In this document: positions 37,443-46,335 of the stretch, in pieces | How positions within the stretch are numbered: the stretch's first letter is position 1 | How the letters are laid out: each line of letters begins with the position of its first letter | From: Syntrophales bacterium | GTDB taxonomy: Bacteria; Desulfobacterota; Syntrophia; Syntrophales; UBA2210 | Assembly (NCBI GenBank): GCA_963662405.2 | Contig: CAXXKT010000001.1 | Coordinates: 1,600,001-1,664,000 of the forward strand | Direction: 5' to 3' | DNA length: 64,000 nucleotides | The notes under the pieces: model-generated | What the model was told of the DNA's origin: nothing | Database searches by the model: none | What the model saw: only the letters and a program-made list of their open reading frames with translations | Made by a program: the position numbers and the translations under genes

Positions 37443-38369
37443 TTACCACGAATCGGGAATAATACCTTCCCGGACATCATACAGGGTGCCTTTCTCCCCG
37501 TCAAGGAGAGTCTTTGACAGCTCAATGCGTTCCAAGAGGACGTCCCCTGCCGTTTTCTTCATCTGATCTTCGACGTGCCTCGCCATCTCTTTATTTGTCT
37601 CCGTTATCTTGTTGTTGATGAGGAGCCGTAAGGGAAGGCCCAGTTCGCGGAGACCTTCGATCAAGCGTTGGGATTCCCTGAGCGAGAGGATATCGGGATT
37701 GAATACCAGGGCGACATGACAGTCTCCGCCGCGGAGGGCACTGTCCAGATCTTGGTAATTTTTGTCCAGCTTCTTCAAACGTTTGAGGATGTCGTCATCC
37801 TCTTCTCTGTAGTCAAGGATGGTTTCTTCCGTGCTCAAGGTCCCCCTGATCCGGTGGATGGTGTAGCGCTTTTCGAGAATCTGCCGCCGTATCTGCATCA
37901 GGCGCTCGATCCAGGTGATGGTCACCTTCGGAAGAGCGAGGAACCGCAGGGTTAGCCCCGTCGGTGGAGTGTCGAAGATGATATAGTCAAACCCGGTCTC
38001 GTCCCGGATGGTTTTCTCTATGCTGGTCAGGAGGGCGTATTCCTCTATCCCGGGGGAGTATTTAAGGATCGAGAAATAGGTGTCGAGATTCAGAGTCTTC
38101 AGGTAGCTGTATGTGTTGGAGAGGACACTGGTCTCTTGTTCCAGATATTCGCGGGACAACTTCTGGAGGTTTACCTCGCTCAGAAAGAGTGTCTTCGTGA
38201 ATTTTTTCTTTCCGTTTCTGATCGTAACCCCAAAGATATCACCAAGGTTATGCGCCGGGTCCAGCGAGACGATCAAGACGCGGGACCGCTGCGAAAGCTG
38301 CCATGCCGCGGCGGCTGCCATGGTCGATTTCCCGACCCCCCCCTTTCCGGTAAAAAAGAAGATCTTCAT
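37443..38369 (-). CDS. ArsA/Get3(TRC40)-family ATPase, single domain
   Basis: GKGGVGKST, SLDPAHNL, SPGIEE, FDTPPTG, LINNK; only one Cys. Confidence 0.9.
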   Translation of the reverse strand: MKIFFFTGKGGVGKSTMAAAAAWQLSQRSRVLIVSLDPAHNLGDIFGVTIRNGKKKFTKTLFLSEVNLQKLSREYLEQETSVLSNTYSYLKTLNLDTYFSILKYSPGIEEYALLTSIEKTIRDETGFDYIIFDTPPTGLTLRFLALPKVTITWIERLMQIRRQILEKRYTIHRIRGTLSTEETILDYREEDDDILKRLKKLDKNYQDLDSALRGGDCHVALVFNPDILSLRESQRLIEGLRELGLPLRLLINNKITETNKEMARHVEDQMKKTAGDVLLERIELSKTLLDGEKGTLYDVREGIIPDSW

Positions 38370-38645
38370 TCAATCGATCCCTATGGTTCCGGCCATTTCC
38401 GCAAGCATGTCCCCCGCGTCCTGAGCCCTTCTGTTCAGGACCTTCATCTCCCGCTCCATGAAGGGCATCAGTTCAACAGCTAGAAACGAAGGGGGGGCGG
38501 GGAGTCCGATGAAGGATCCCAAGAGGAGCAGGGCGAAGATGTTCTCGAGTTCCTTTACCTCGACTCCGGTGAGAGCGGTGACGTTGTCCCGGTGAGAGGC
38601 GTCGAAATCGGAAAGGATCCGTTTGAAAAGTGAGAGAAATCCCAT
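38370..38645 (-). CDS. small CstA/ArsA-associated protein (91 aa)
   Basis: MGFLSLFKRILSDFD...ELENIFALLLLGSFIGLPAPP...ELMPFM; its stop abuts the ATPase start. Confidence 0.75.
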   Translation of the reverse strand: MGFLSLFKRILSDFDASHRDNVTALTGVEVKELENIFALLLLGSFIGLPAPPSFLAVELMPFMEREMKVLNRRAQDAGDMLAEMAGTIGID

Positions 38646-38676
38646 GCTGATATCCCGACACCTGTGGTTGATAGAG

Positions 38677-38705
38677 CCGGTGCATGGGCTCAGCCCATGC
38701 ACCGG
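38677..38705 (-). other. perfect 13-bp-stem hairpin 3' of cstA copy 1
   Basis: CCGGTGCATGGGC-TCA-GCCCATGCACCGG. Confidence 0.75.
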
Positions 38706-38724
38706 ATGATGTTATTGTAACATG

Positions 38725-40449
38725 TCACTCAACCCTGTACGCCTTCGACTTGATGAAGTCCCAGAAGAAGATGAAGTTCAGGATCAGCATCACGATCAGT
38801 ATGATCATGACGGTCCATCCCGGGACCGGTTTCGCGGCGATAGCACCTGGCTGAACCACGACTACGAACCATAGGATAGCACAAGTCACGGTAATCCACA
38901 ACAACCAAGCCGGGATGACGGCCGCGCCGGCGAAGCTCGATTTCAGTTTCTTGGCTGCGAAGGCGGCCCCGGTCATCAGGGCGATGGATGCGATGAGCTG
39001 GTTCGCCGCGCCGAAGGAACCCCAGATGATCAGCCAGTTTCCGCTCGCCGCCAGCCAGATCCCGATCGCCGCCGGGATGATGGAGGCGATCCAGCGGTTG
39101 GTCAGTAGGTTGTATACCCCCGCGGCTTTGTCCTTCAGGGGCAGGGCCATCTCGGAGAGGCAATAGCGCGCCAGGCGGTTGGTGGTATCCAGGGTCGTCA
39201 TGGCGAAGGAGGCGACCCACATCCCGGCGATGATCTTGACGATCTTTGTCGGGATGAAACCCAGCCACGTCGCATTAACCATGTCGGCATACGATTGGAT
39301 AAAGAGATTTGCCTTGGACAGTTTGACCGATGCTGCGGCCTTGGTGAACATGGCGCCCCAGTTTCCTGCGTTTAGTGTCTCGGCCGTCACCCCCGCGTTC
39401 TGGAGTGCCGTGTATCCGAACCCGGCAATGGAGACGATAACGATCGTAGAGAGGAACCCCTCGGTGAACATCGCGCCATAGCCGATCAGAAGCCCGTCAG
39501 TTTCCTTGGTGAGCTGTTTGGACGTTGTGCCTGAGGCCACCAGGGAGTGGAACCCGGACAGGGACCCGCAGGCGATGATCAGAGGGATCGCCGGCCAGAA
39601 GGGTGTCGGTTTGCCTCCCAGGAGGATCGGGGAGAAGGTCGAGAAAGCGGGCACCTCGAAGCCCCTGAAGGCGAAAACGGCGGCGATGAAACCGATCAGG
39701 AGTCCCGTATAGAGCAGCCACGAATTCAGGTAATCCCGCGGCTGGAGCAGGACATTGACCGGGATGGCGGCGGCGATGATGATATAAAAAAAGGTCGCCC
39801 ACATCCACCCGGTGTAGCTCAGCGTGATCCCTTTCAACGCTCCCAACCAGATGGCGGCGCACAGCATCAGGATACCGATGACCGTCGCAACGGCAAAACT
39901 CATCTTAGTGCGATACATGAAAATGCCCAATATCAGAGCTGCTACGATCATCCAGGCAAATGCAGAGCCGATCTCAGGGGTCTTGACGAACATCCCGCCG
40001 ACGATGGCGGCGAAGGCGGCCACGACGAGGATGAGGAGGAAGAAAACGATCCAGTAGAAGGCCGTCCCCGTCCGTTTCCCGATCAGATCGGTCGCGACGA
40101 ACTGGACCGATTTTCCGTCGTAACGGACCGATGCCATCAGGGCCAGGTAGTCATGGACGGCCCCGATAAAGATGTTGCCGAACCAGACCCATAGAAGACC
40201 CGGGACCCACCCCCAGCAGATCGCCAACGCCGGGCCGATGATCGGAGCGGCGCCGGCGATCGAGGCGAAATGGTGTCCGAAGAGGACCTCTTTTCGTGCT
40301 GCGATGTAGTCGACCCCGTCGTACAGACGTTTCGACGGAGTCTCGTTGCTATCCGATGCCATCACCACTTCTCGTTCCAACTTTTTTCCGTATGTGAAAT
40401 AGAGTATCAGGTAAAGAAGGAACCCTATAATAATAATGAGAGTTGTCAT
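38725..40449 (-). CDS. cstA: carbon starvation CstA-family transporter, paralogue 1
   Basis: LFGHHFASIAGAAPIIGP, GAVHDY, LLQPRDYLN, IACGSLSGFHSLV, IGYGAMFTEG, TTLDT, FGAANQL. Confidence 0.93.
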   Translation of the reverse strand: MTTLIIIIGFLLYLILYFTYGKKLEREVVMASDSNETPSKRLYDGVDYIAARKEVLFGHHFASIAGAAPIIGPALAICWGWVPGLLWVWFGNIFIGAVHDYLALMASVRYDGKSVQFVATDLIGKRTGTAFYWIVFFLLILVVAAFAAIVGGMFVKTPEIGSAFAWMIVAALILGIFMYRTKMSFAVATVIGILMLCAAIWLGALKGITLSYTGWMWATFFYIIIAAAIPVNVLLQPRDYLNSWLLYTGLLIGFIAAVFAFRGFEVPAFSTFSPILLGGKPTPFWPAIPLIIACGSLSGFHSLVASGTTSKQLTKETDGLLIGYGAMFTEGFLSTIVIVSIAGFGYTALQNAGVTAETLNAGNWGAMFTKAAASVKLSKANLFIQSYADMVNATWLGFIPTKIVKIIAGMWVASFAMTTLDTTNRLARYCLSEMALPLKDKAAGVYNLLTNRWIASIIPAAIGIWLAASGNWLIIWGSFGAANQLIASIALMTGAAFAAKKLKSSFAGAAVIPAWLLWITVTCAILWFVVVVQPGAIAAKPVPGWTVMIILIVMLILNFIFFWDFIKSKAYRVE

Positions 40450-40798
40450 TTGCGTTACTCCTTAATTGACTGTAATTTTATCGTTTCGATAGATGTCCAA
40501 CAAAACCAACGAACATTCTTTTGACTTTGAATAGCCCACAACACCTCCTTCCTCGAATTTCAGGTGCGTGCACTACTCCTTCAGGAGGTCAAAGTCAAAT
40601 TTTTTTGACAATTTTTCCTTTGGGCGATCAATATCCGTGGTGATGTAAGGATTTGTAGTTTTGGAGAAAACTATTTCCCTGAGAAGTATTTGATAGAAAG
40701 TACCCGTTTTCCTATCCGGTATGATGGCACTATAAGCGAAGCAATTTGCGAAAAGGCAGGAGTGGTGATACTCAAATAATCTGCGATCTCATGCATGA

Positions 40799-40833
40799 GA
40801 GCCGGTACATGGGGTAAACCCACGTACCGGCTC
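40799..40833 (-). other. hairpin 3' of cstA copy 2, homologous to 38677-38705
   Basis: Minus strand GAGCCGGTACGTGGG-TTTAC-CCCATGTACCGGCTC (one G-U pair). Confidence 0.7.
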
Positions 40834-40856
40834 CACATCACTGCTGTGCAAACATG

Positions 40857-42581
40857 TCACTCAACCTTGTACGCCTTTGACTTGATGAAGTCCCAGAAGA
40901 AGATGAAGTTCAGGATCAACATCACGATCAGGATGATCATGACGGTCCATCCGGGACCCGGTTTCGCGGCGACGGCGCCCGGCTGAACCACGATGACGAA
41001 CCACAGGATGCCGCAGGTCACGGTGACCCAGAGGAGCCAGGCCGGGATGACGGCCGCGCCGGCGAAGCTCGATTTCAGCTTCTTGGCCGCGAAGGCGGCC
41101 CCGGTCATGAGGGCGATGGACGCGATGAGCTGGTTCGCCGCACCGAAGGAGCCCCAGATGATCAGCCAGTTCCCGCTTGCCGCCAGCCAGATACCGATCG
41201 CCGCCGGGACGATGGAGGCGATCCAGCGGTTGGTCAGGAAGTTATAAACTCCAGCAGCGCTGTCTTTCAGGGGCAGGGCCATCTCGGAGAGGCAATAGCG
41301 CGCCAGGCGGTTGGTGGTATCCAGGGTCGTCATGGCGAAGGAGGCGACCCACATCCCGGCGATGATCTTGACGATCTTGGTCGGGATGATGGTGAGCCAC
41401 GTCGCATTGACCATATCGGCATACGACTGGACGAAGAGGTTGGCTGCGGAAAGCTTTGCCGCTCCGGATACCTTCGTAAAGGCGGCGCCCCAGTTCTCGA
41501 AATTGAGCTGTTCGGTCGTCACTCCCGCGTTCTGGAGTGCCGTGTATCCGAACCCGGCAATGGAGACGATAACGATCGTGGAGAGGAACCCCTCGGTGAA
41601 CATCGCCCCGTATCCGATGAAGAGACCGTCGGTCTCCTTGGAGAGCTGCTTGGATGTTGTCCCCGAGGCGACCAGGGAGTGGAACCCGGAGAGGGAACCG
41701 CAGGCGATGATCAGGGGGATCGCCGGCCAGAAGGGTGTCGGTTTGCCCCCCAGGAGGACCGGGGAGAAGCTCGAAAAGGCCGGCACCTCGAATCCCCTGA
41801 AGGCGAAGATGGCGGCGAGGAAGCCGAGAACCAGTCCCGCGTAGAGCAGCCACGAGTTCAGGTAATCCCGCGGCTGGAGCAGGATATTGACCGGGATGGC
41901 GGCGGCGATGATGATGTAGAAGAAGAAGATCCACATCCAGGTATTGTAGCTCAGCGGTATTCCCTTCAGATACCCTACCCAGATAGCGGCGCACAGCATC
42001 ACGATTCCGATGATCGTCGAGACGGCGAAGTTCATCTTGGTGCGGTACAACAGGACACCCAGGATCAGGGCGGCCACGATCTTCAGGACGTACGCCATGG
42101 CGATGCCGGGAGTCTTGACGAACATGTTGCCGACGATGGCGGCGAAGGCGGCCACGACGAGGATGAGGAGGAAAAAGACAATCCAGTAGAAGGCCGTCCC
42201 CGTCCGTTTCCCGATCAGATCGGTGGCGACGAACTGGACCGATTTCCCGTCGTAGCGGACCGACGCCATCAGGGCCAGGTAGTCATGGACGGCGCCGATG
42301 AAGATGTTGCCGAACCAGACCCAGAGGAGCCCCGGGACCCAACCCCAGCAGATCGCCAGCGCCGGGCCGATGATCGGGGCGGCACCGGCGATCGACGCAA
42401 AGTGGTGTCCGAAGAGGACCTCTTTTCGTGCGGCGATGTAGTCGACCCCGTCATACAGACGCTTCGATGGGGCCTCGTTGTCGTCCGAGGCGACCACCAC
42501 GCCGCTTTCCAGCTTTTTGCCGTAGGTAAAATAAAGGATTAGGTAAAGCAGAAAACCGATAACGATGATTAATGTTGTCAT
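40857..42581 (-). CDS. cstA: carbon starvation CstA-family transporter, paralogue 2
   Basis: Same motifs and same 574-aa length as paralogue 1; AAGGAGG RBS. Confidence 0.93.
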   Translation of the reverse strand: MTTLIIVIGFLLYLILYFTYGKKLESGVVVASDDNEAPSKRLYDGVDYIAARKEVLFGHHFASIAGAAPIIGPALAICWGWVPGLLWVWFGNIFIGAVHDYLALMASVRYDGKSVQFVATDLIGKRTGTAFYWIVFFLLILVVAAFAAIVGNMFVKTPGIAMAYVLKIVAALILGVLLYRTKMNFAVSTIIGIVMLCAAIWVGYLKGIPLSYNTWMWIFFFYIIIAAAIPVNILLQPRDYLNSWLLYAGLVLGFLAAIFAFRGFEVPAFSSFSPVLLGGKPTPFWPAIPLIIACGSLSGFHSLVASGTTSKQLSKETDGLFIGYGAMFTEGFLSTIVIVSIAGFGYTALQNAGVTTEQLNFENWGAAFTKVSGAAKLSAANLFVQSYADMVNATWLTIIPTKIVKIIAGMWVASFAMTTLDTTNRLARYCLSEMALPLKDSAAGVYNFLTNRWIASIVPAAIGIWLAASGNWLIIWGSFGAANQLIASIALMTGAAFAAKKLKSSFAGAAVIPAWLLWVTVTCGILWFVIVVQPGAVAAKPGPGWTVMIILIVMLILNFIFFWDFIKSKAYKVE

Positions 42582-42961
42582 CCCGTACCTCCTTATTGTG
42601 ATAGGTCAAGAATTGGACAAACACGATACCTCTCTATCCTGCGATAAAACCTCCCCCATACTACTACGATTCTAGCAAAGCTACCTCTTAAGAAATTCAA
42701 AGTCAATTTTTTTTTGTTCTGTTGTCGTTTAGAGAGAAAGTCCATGATACGGCGGACACTGGAATTTATCGCACCCTTCGTTCGTGTTGTTCTGTTCTTG
42801 AATCTCTGTCTACAAGATATTGCCAATTCGGTAAAACAGGGGATGACACAACATAAATGCCGGCAGTCAATGTACGACTGAAACGTTTTATTGGGACAGG
42901 TGTGTCCGGTGCCGTGTCACGGAGATAACGCCCCGGAAGCGGGCCGTCTTAATCTGACGGC

Positions 42962-42993
42962 TTACGTGCTCCTGACATTACGTGCTCCTGACA
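42962..42993 (+). repeat. 16-bp tandem duplication
   Basis: TTACGTGCTCCTGACA x2, immediately before TTGACA at 42995. Confidence 0.85.
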
Positions 42994-43059
42994 CTTGACA
43001 GAGACGGTAATCATTTATAACATACATATCATGTGCGTTATAACGGAAAACGGGGGTGA

Positions 43060-44019
43060 TTGTCGCAGAGAATGAGCGTAATCAACAGGACGGTATCGTG
43101 CATAGTTATTATTGCGTTCCTGAGCTTTTCAATGTATGCAGAAGCAAGAGGGGACAAGATGGAAGCCGTACGAAAGCCAATGCTTGCGGGGACATGGTAC
43201 CCGGCGGATCCGGTTCGACTCAGGACTGACATAGAAACCTATATCGCCGATGCACGGGAGGAGATGACCGATGGAAGTGTGGTGGGAATCATTGCTCCCC
43301 ATGCCGGATATATGTATTCAGGGGCGGTTGCAGCACATGCCTACAAGGCCGTACGGAGAGATCTTTTTGACGTGGTGATCCTGGTGGGGCCCAGTCATAG
43401 GGCTTATTTCAAAGGTGCATCCATCTACGATGGAGATGGGTACGAGACCCCTTTGGGAATTACCCCTATCGAAAAGGTCCTGGCCGAGAAGATAGTGGAA
43501 TACGGCAATGGCTTCGTGTCACTGGTGCCGGATGATTGTCTCCCCGAAAATTCTCTTGAGATCCAGGTTCCCTTCATACAGGTGGCGTTTGGGACGATTC
43601 CTTTCGTCCCGATTTTGATGGGAACGCAGGATTTGATTACGTGCAAGGCCGTGGCGGATGCGATTATTCAAGCAGCGAAGGGGCGTCGGTTTTTGATGAT
43701 TGCCAGTTCCGATTTCTCGCATTATCACAGCTATGATAAGGCTGTTGCCATGGATTCGGCTGCGCTTGCGTATATTGAGAAGATGGATGATGAAGGATTC
43801 TTGCGGGGGATTGAACATGGCACATTCGAGGCCTGTGGCGCCGGACCGGTGGCCGTGACCACGATGGTGGCCCGCGAGATGAAAGCCGATACCGTGAAAG
43901 TCTTCGCGTATATGAATTCCGGTGATATCACGGGGGAGAAGAACGGAGTTGTTGGGTATGCCGCCGTTGTCTTGTACCAAAAAGGCGTTGACGGCATGCA
44001 CGGGGAAGAGGGGCAATGA
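43060..44019 (+). CDS. AmmeMemoRadiSam system protein B (MEMO1-like); start uncertain
   Basis: RKPMLAGTWYP, APHAGYMYSG, GPSH, SLEIQVPF, ASSDFSHY, ACGAGP, VVGY. Confidence 0.9.
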   Translation: MSQRMSVINRTVSCIVIIAFLSFSMYAEARGDKMEAVRKPMLAGTWYPADPVRLRTDIETYIADAREEMTDGSVVGIIAPHAGYMYSGAVAAHAYKAVRRDLFDVVILVGPSHRAYFKGASIYDGDGYETPLGITPIEKVLAEKIVEYGNGFVSLVPDDCLPENSLEIQVPFIQVAFGTIPFVPILMGTQDLITCKAVADAIIQAAKGRRFLMIASSDFSHYHSYDKAVAMDSAALAYIEKMDDEGFLRGIEHGTFEACGAGPVAVTTMVAREMKADTVKVFAYMNSGDITGEKNGVVGYAAVVLYQKGVDGMHGEEGQ

Positions 44020-44561
44020 ATCTGACGAAGGAAGAAAAGGGTCTTCTCCTTGCGATCGCGCGGGAGAGTATCGAAGCCGGGGTTATTGGTCAGAAGGTGT
44101 CTCGTCGCGAGGTTGCAGCCGATTTCCTGAAAGAGAAGACGGGGGCCTTTGTGACCCTCAAAAAACATGAACGGTTGAGAGGGTGCATCGGCTTTATCAG
44201 GGGGGAGAAACCACTGTATGAGACGGTTGAAGAGATGGCGCAGGCGGCGGCCTTCAGGGACCCTCGATTCGGTCCGGTGCAAAAAGATGAACTTGATGAC
44301 CTTGATATCGAGATCTCGGTCCTGACCCCGCTGGAAGAGATTCATGATGTTGGTGAAATCGAGGTTGGTCGACATGGGATCTATTTGGTTAAAGGGTTTC
44401 ATTCCGGTTTGCTCCTCCCGCAGGTAGCCCCCGAATATAACTGGGACAGGACCACTTTCCTGAGGGAAACCTGTCACAAGGCAGGTCTCCCTCAGGACGC
44501 GTGGGAAGACCCGGACGCGAAGATTTATATTTTTTCCGCGACTGTTTTCAGCGAAGGGTAG
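44016..44561 (+). CDS. AmmeMemoRadiSam system protein A (AMMECR1-like)
   Basis: GAFVTL, LRGCIG, AAFRDPRF, EISVLTP, LLLPQVA, KAGL. Confidence 0.92.
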   Translation: MNLTKEEKGLLLAIARESIEAGVIGQKVSRREVAADFLKEKTGAFVTLKKHERLRGCIGFIRGEKPLYETVEEMAQAAAFRDPRFGPVQKDELDDLDIEISVLTPLEEIHDVGEIEVGRHGIYLVKGFHSGLLLPQVAPEYNWDRTTFLRETCHKAGLPQDAWEDPDAKIYIFSATVFSEG

Positions 44562-44616
44562 GTTGGGCGGGTTGACATGTTTTTGCTTTCAAACCACGAT
44601 TTATGATAAAAACCTC

Positions 44617-44645
44617 TTGACAAACAACAAATTTCTATTTAGTGT
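44617..44645 (+). promoter_or_regulatory. sigma70 promoter of the tRNA cluster
   Basis: TTGACA, 17 bp, TAGTGT. Confidence 0.55.
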
Positions 44646-44751
44646 TCCTGATTCGATTTGCGGGATAGAGAAAGCCCTTGTTTTGCAAGGGCGGAGGGTG
44701 GAGTTGACCCGTACAGTTCTTGAAAGTGATTTGATATACATAAGTTAACTT

Positions 44752-44827
44752 GCTGGCGTAGCTCAATTGGTAGAGCAGCTGATTTGTAATCAGCAGGTCG
44801 CGGGTTCGAGTCCCATCGCCAGCTCCA
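44752..44827 (+). tRNA. tRNA-Thr(TGT)
   Basis: Cloverleaf; anticodon arm GCTGA-TTTGTAA-TCAGC; CCA end. Confidence 0.96.
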
Positions 44828-44845
44828 GTTACTGTTGATTAGTGT

Positions 44846-44930
44846 GGAGGGGTTCCCGAGTGGTCAAAGGGAGCAGACTGTAAATCTGCCGGCGAAGCCT
44901 ACGGAGGTTCAAATCCTCCCCCCTCCACCA
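44846..44930 (+). tRNA. tRNA-Tyr(GTA)
   Basis: GCAGA-CTGTAAA-TCTGC; long variable arm; CCA. Confidence 0.96.
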
Positions 44931-44958
44931 TATTTTTGCCGTTTTGGGCTTCCACAAG

Positions 44959-45034
44959 GCGGGAGTAGCTCAGTGGCTAGAGCATCAGCCTTCCAAGCTG
45001 AGGGTCGCGGGTTCGAATCCCGTTTCCCGCTCCA
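44959..45034 (+). tRNA. tRNA-Gly(TCC)
   Basis: TCAGC-CTTCCAA-GCTGA; CCA. Confidence 0.96.
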
Positions 45035-45077
45035 TTTTTTGATGGGTTGCCCGATACGTGGCTACCGGTGTTTATTG

Positions 45078-45153
45078 GCCCACGTAGCTCAGTCGGTAGA
45101 GCACATCCTTGGTAAGGATGAGGTCACCAGTTCAATCCTGGTCGTGGGCTCCA
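45078..45153 (+). tRNA. tRNA-Thr(GGT)
   Basis: ATCC-TTGGTAA-GGAT; CCA. Confidence 0.96.
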
Positions 45154-45183
45154 CTTTGGTGAAGGCGGGTATATGTTATGGGA

Positions 45184-45333
45184 ATGAGAGACATCGTTAT
45201 TCTCGCATGCAGTGAGTGTAAGCAGAGAAATTATACGACTACGAAGAACAAGCGGATTACGAAGAACCGCCTTGAAATGAAAAAGTATTGTAAATTCTGC
45301 CAGCGGCATACGGACCACAGAGAGACGAAGTAG
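45184..45333 (+). CDS. rpmG: 50S ribosomal protein L33 (Zn-binding C+ form)
   Basis: Own translation [49 protein letters not shown]; below the ORF-track cutoff. Confidence 0.95.
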   Translation: MRDIVILACSECKQRNYTTTKNKRITKNRLEMKKYCKFCQRHTDHRETK

Positions 45334-45444
45334 GACTCAGTGGATGCGCTGGCTGTGACCGGTCGGAGTTTTTCCCGGAAGGTGGTTGGCCAGGGTATCC
45401 CGGGTGCATTCGAGGGTGGTGAATGAGGGCATATTGTTTGGTAC

Positions 45445-45521
45445 AGGCCAGTAGCTCTAACGGCTAGAGCACCGGACTCCAAATCCGGGTGTTGGGGGTT
45501 CGAATCCCTCCTGGCCTGCCA
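45445..45521 (+). tRNA. tRNA-Trp(CCA)
   Basis: CCGGA-CTCCAAA-TCCGG; CCA; typical position before secE. Confidence 0.96.
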
Positions 45522-45547
45522 TTTTATTTTTCCTGAGGAACGGGTGG

Positions 45548-45751
45548 ATGGAAAAAATACGGTCGATAATAACCAGGATGACGCGCTTCCTCAAGGAGGC
45601 GAGAGCTGAGCTGAAGAAGGTGACATGGCCGACCCCGAAGGAGGCCCTCGCCTCGACGTCCGTCGTGATTGTCGTGGTTATTATTTTATCAATATTTCTT
45701 GGTATCGTAGATCTCGGTCTTACCAGGATAATACGATTGGTGCTGAGCTAA
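45548..45751 (+). CDS. secE: preprotein translocase SecE
   Basis: FLKEARAELKKVTWP plus one TM. Confidence 0.95.
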   Translation: MEKIRSIITRMTRFLKEARAELKKVTWPTPKEALASTSVVIVVVIILSIFLGIVDLGLTRIIRLVLS

Positions 45752-45755
45752 TAAT

Positions 45756-46286
45756 ATGGCTTTCAACTGGTACGTTGTGCACACATATTCAGGGTTTGAA
45801 AACCGGGTCAAACGCTCTCTCGAGGAACGGGTGGTCACCTTCGGGATGCAGGATTATTTCGAAGACGTTCTGATCCCTGAGGAGGACGTGGTCGAGCTCA
45901 AGAAAGGGGAGAAGAAAACCTCGAAGAGGAAATTTTTCCCCGGATATATACTGGTGAAGATGGAGCTGACCGATGAGACGTGGCACATGGTGAAGGAAAC
46001 CCCCAAGGTAACCGGATTTATCGGAACGAAAGACAGGCCGTCTCCGATATCCGATGAATCTGTGCAGTCGCTGAAGACCAAGATCGACGAGGGGACCCTC
46101 AAGCCCCAACCGAAATTCAAATTTGAGCTGGGAGATCATGTGCGGATCGTTGATGGTCCCTTTACTAATTTTGACGGGGTTGTTGACGAGGTTAAACCGG
46201 AGAAGGGAAAATTGCGGGTGATTGTGTCTATATTTGGTAGATCCACCCCCGTAGAACTTGATTTTATACAAGTAGTTCAAAACTAG
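45756..46286 (+). CDS. nusG: transcription termination/antitermination factor NusG
   Basis: [17 protein letters not shown] motif, [10 protein letters not shown]. Confidence 0.97.
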   Translation: MAFNWYVVHTYSGFENRVKRSLEERVVTFGMQDYFEDVLIPEEDVVELKKGEKKTSKRKFFPGYILVKMELTDETWHMVKETPKVTGFIGTKDRPSPISDESVQSLKTKIDEGTLKPQPKFKFELGDHVRIVDGPFTNFDGVVDEVKPEKGKLRVIVSIFGRSTPVELDFIQVVQN

Positions 46287-46335
46287 AGGTTCCGCAAGGA
46301 AATTTTGAAACGAGAAGAAAATAGAGGGGAGTCTC

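Noticed and set aside
37443..38369. Calling the ATPase an arsenic-resistance ArsA
   Set aside because: Single domain, one Cys, and no arsR/B/C/D or acr3 in the window.
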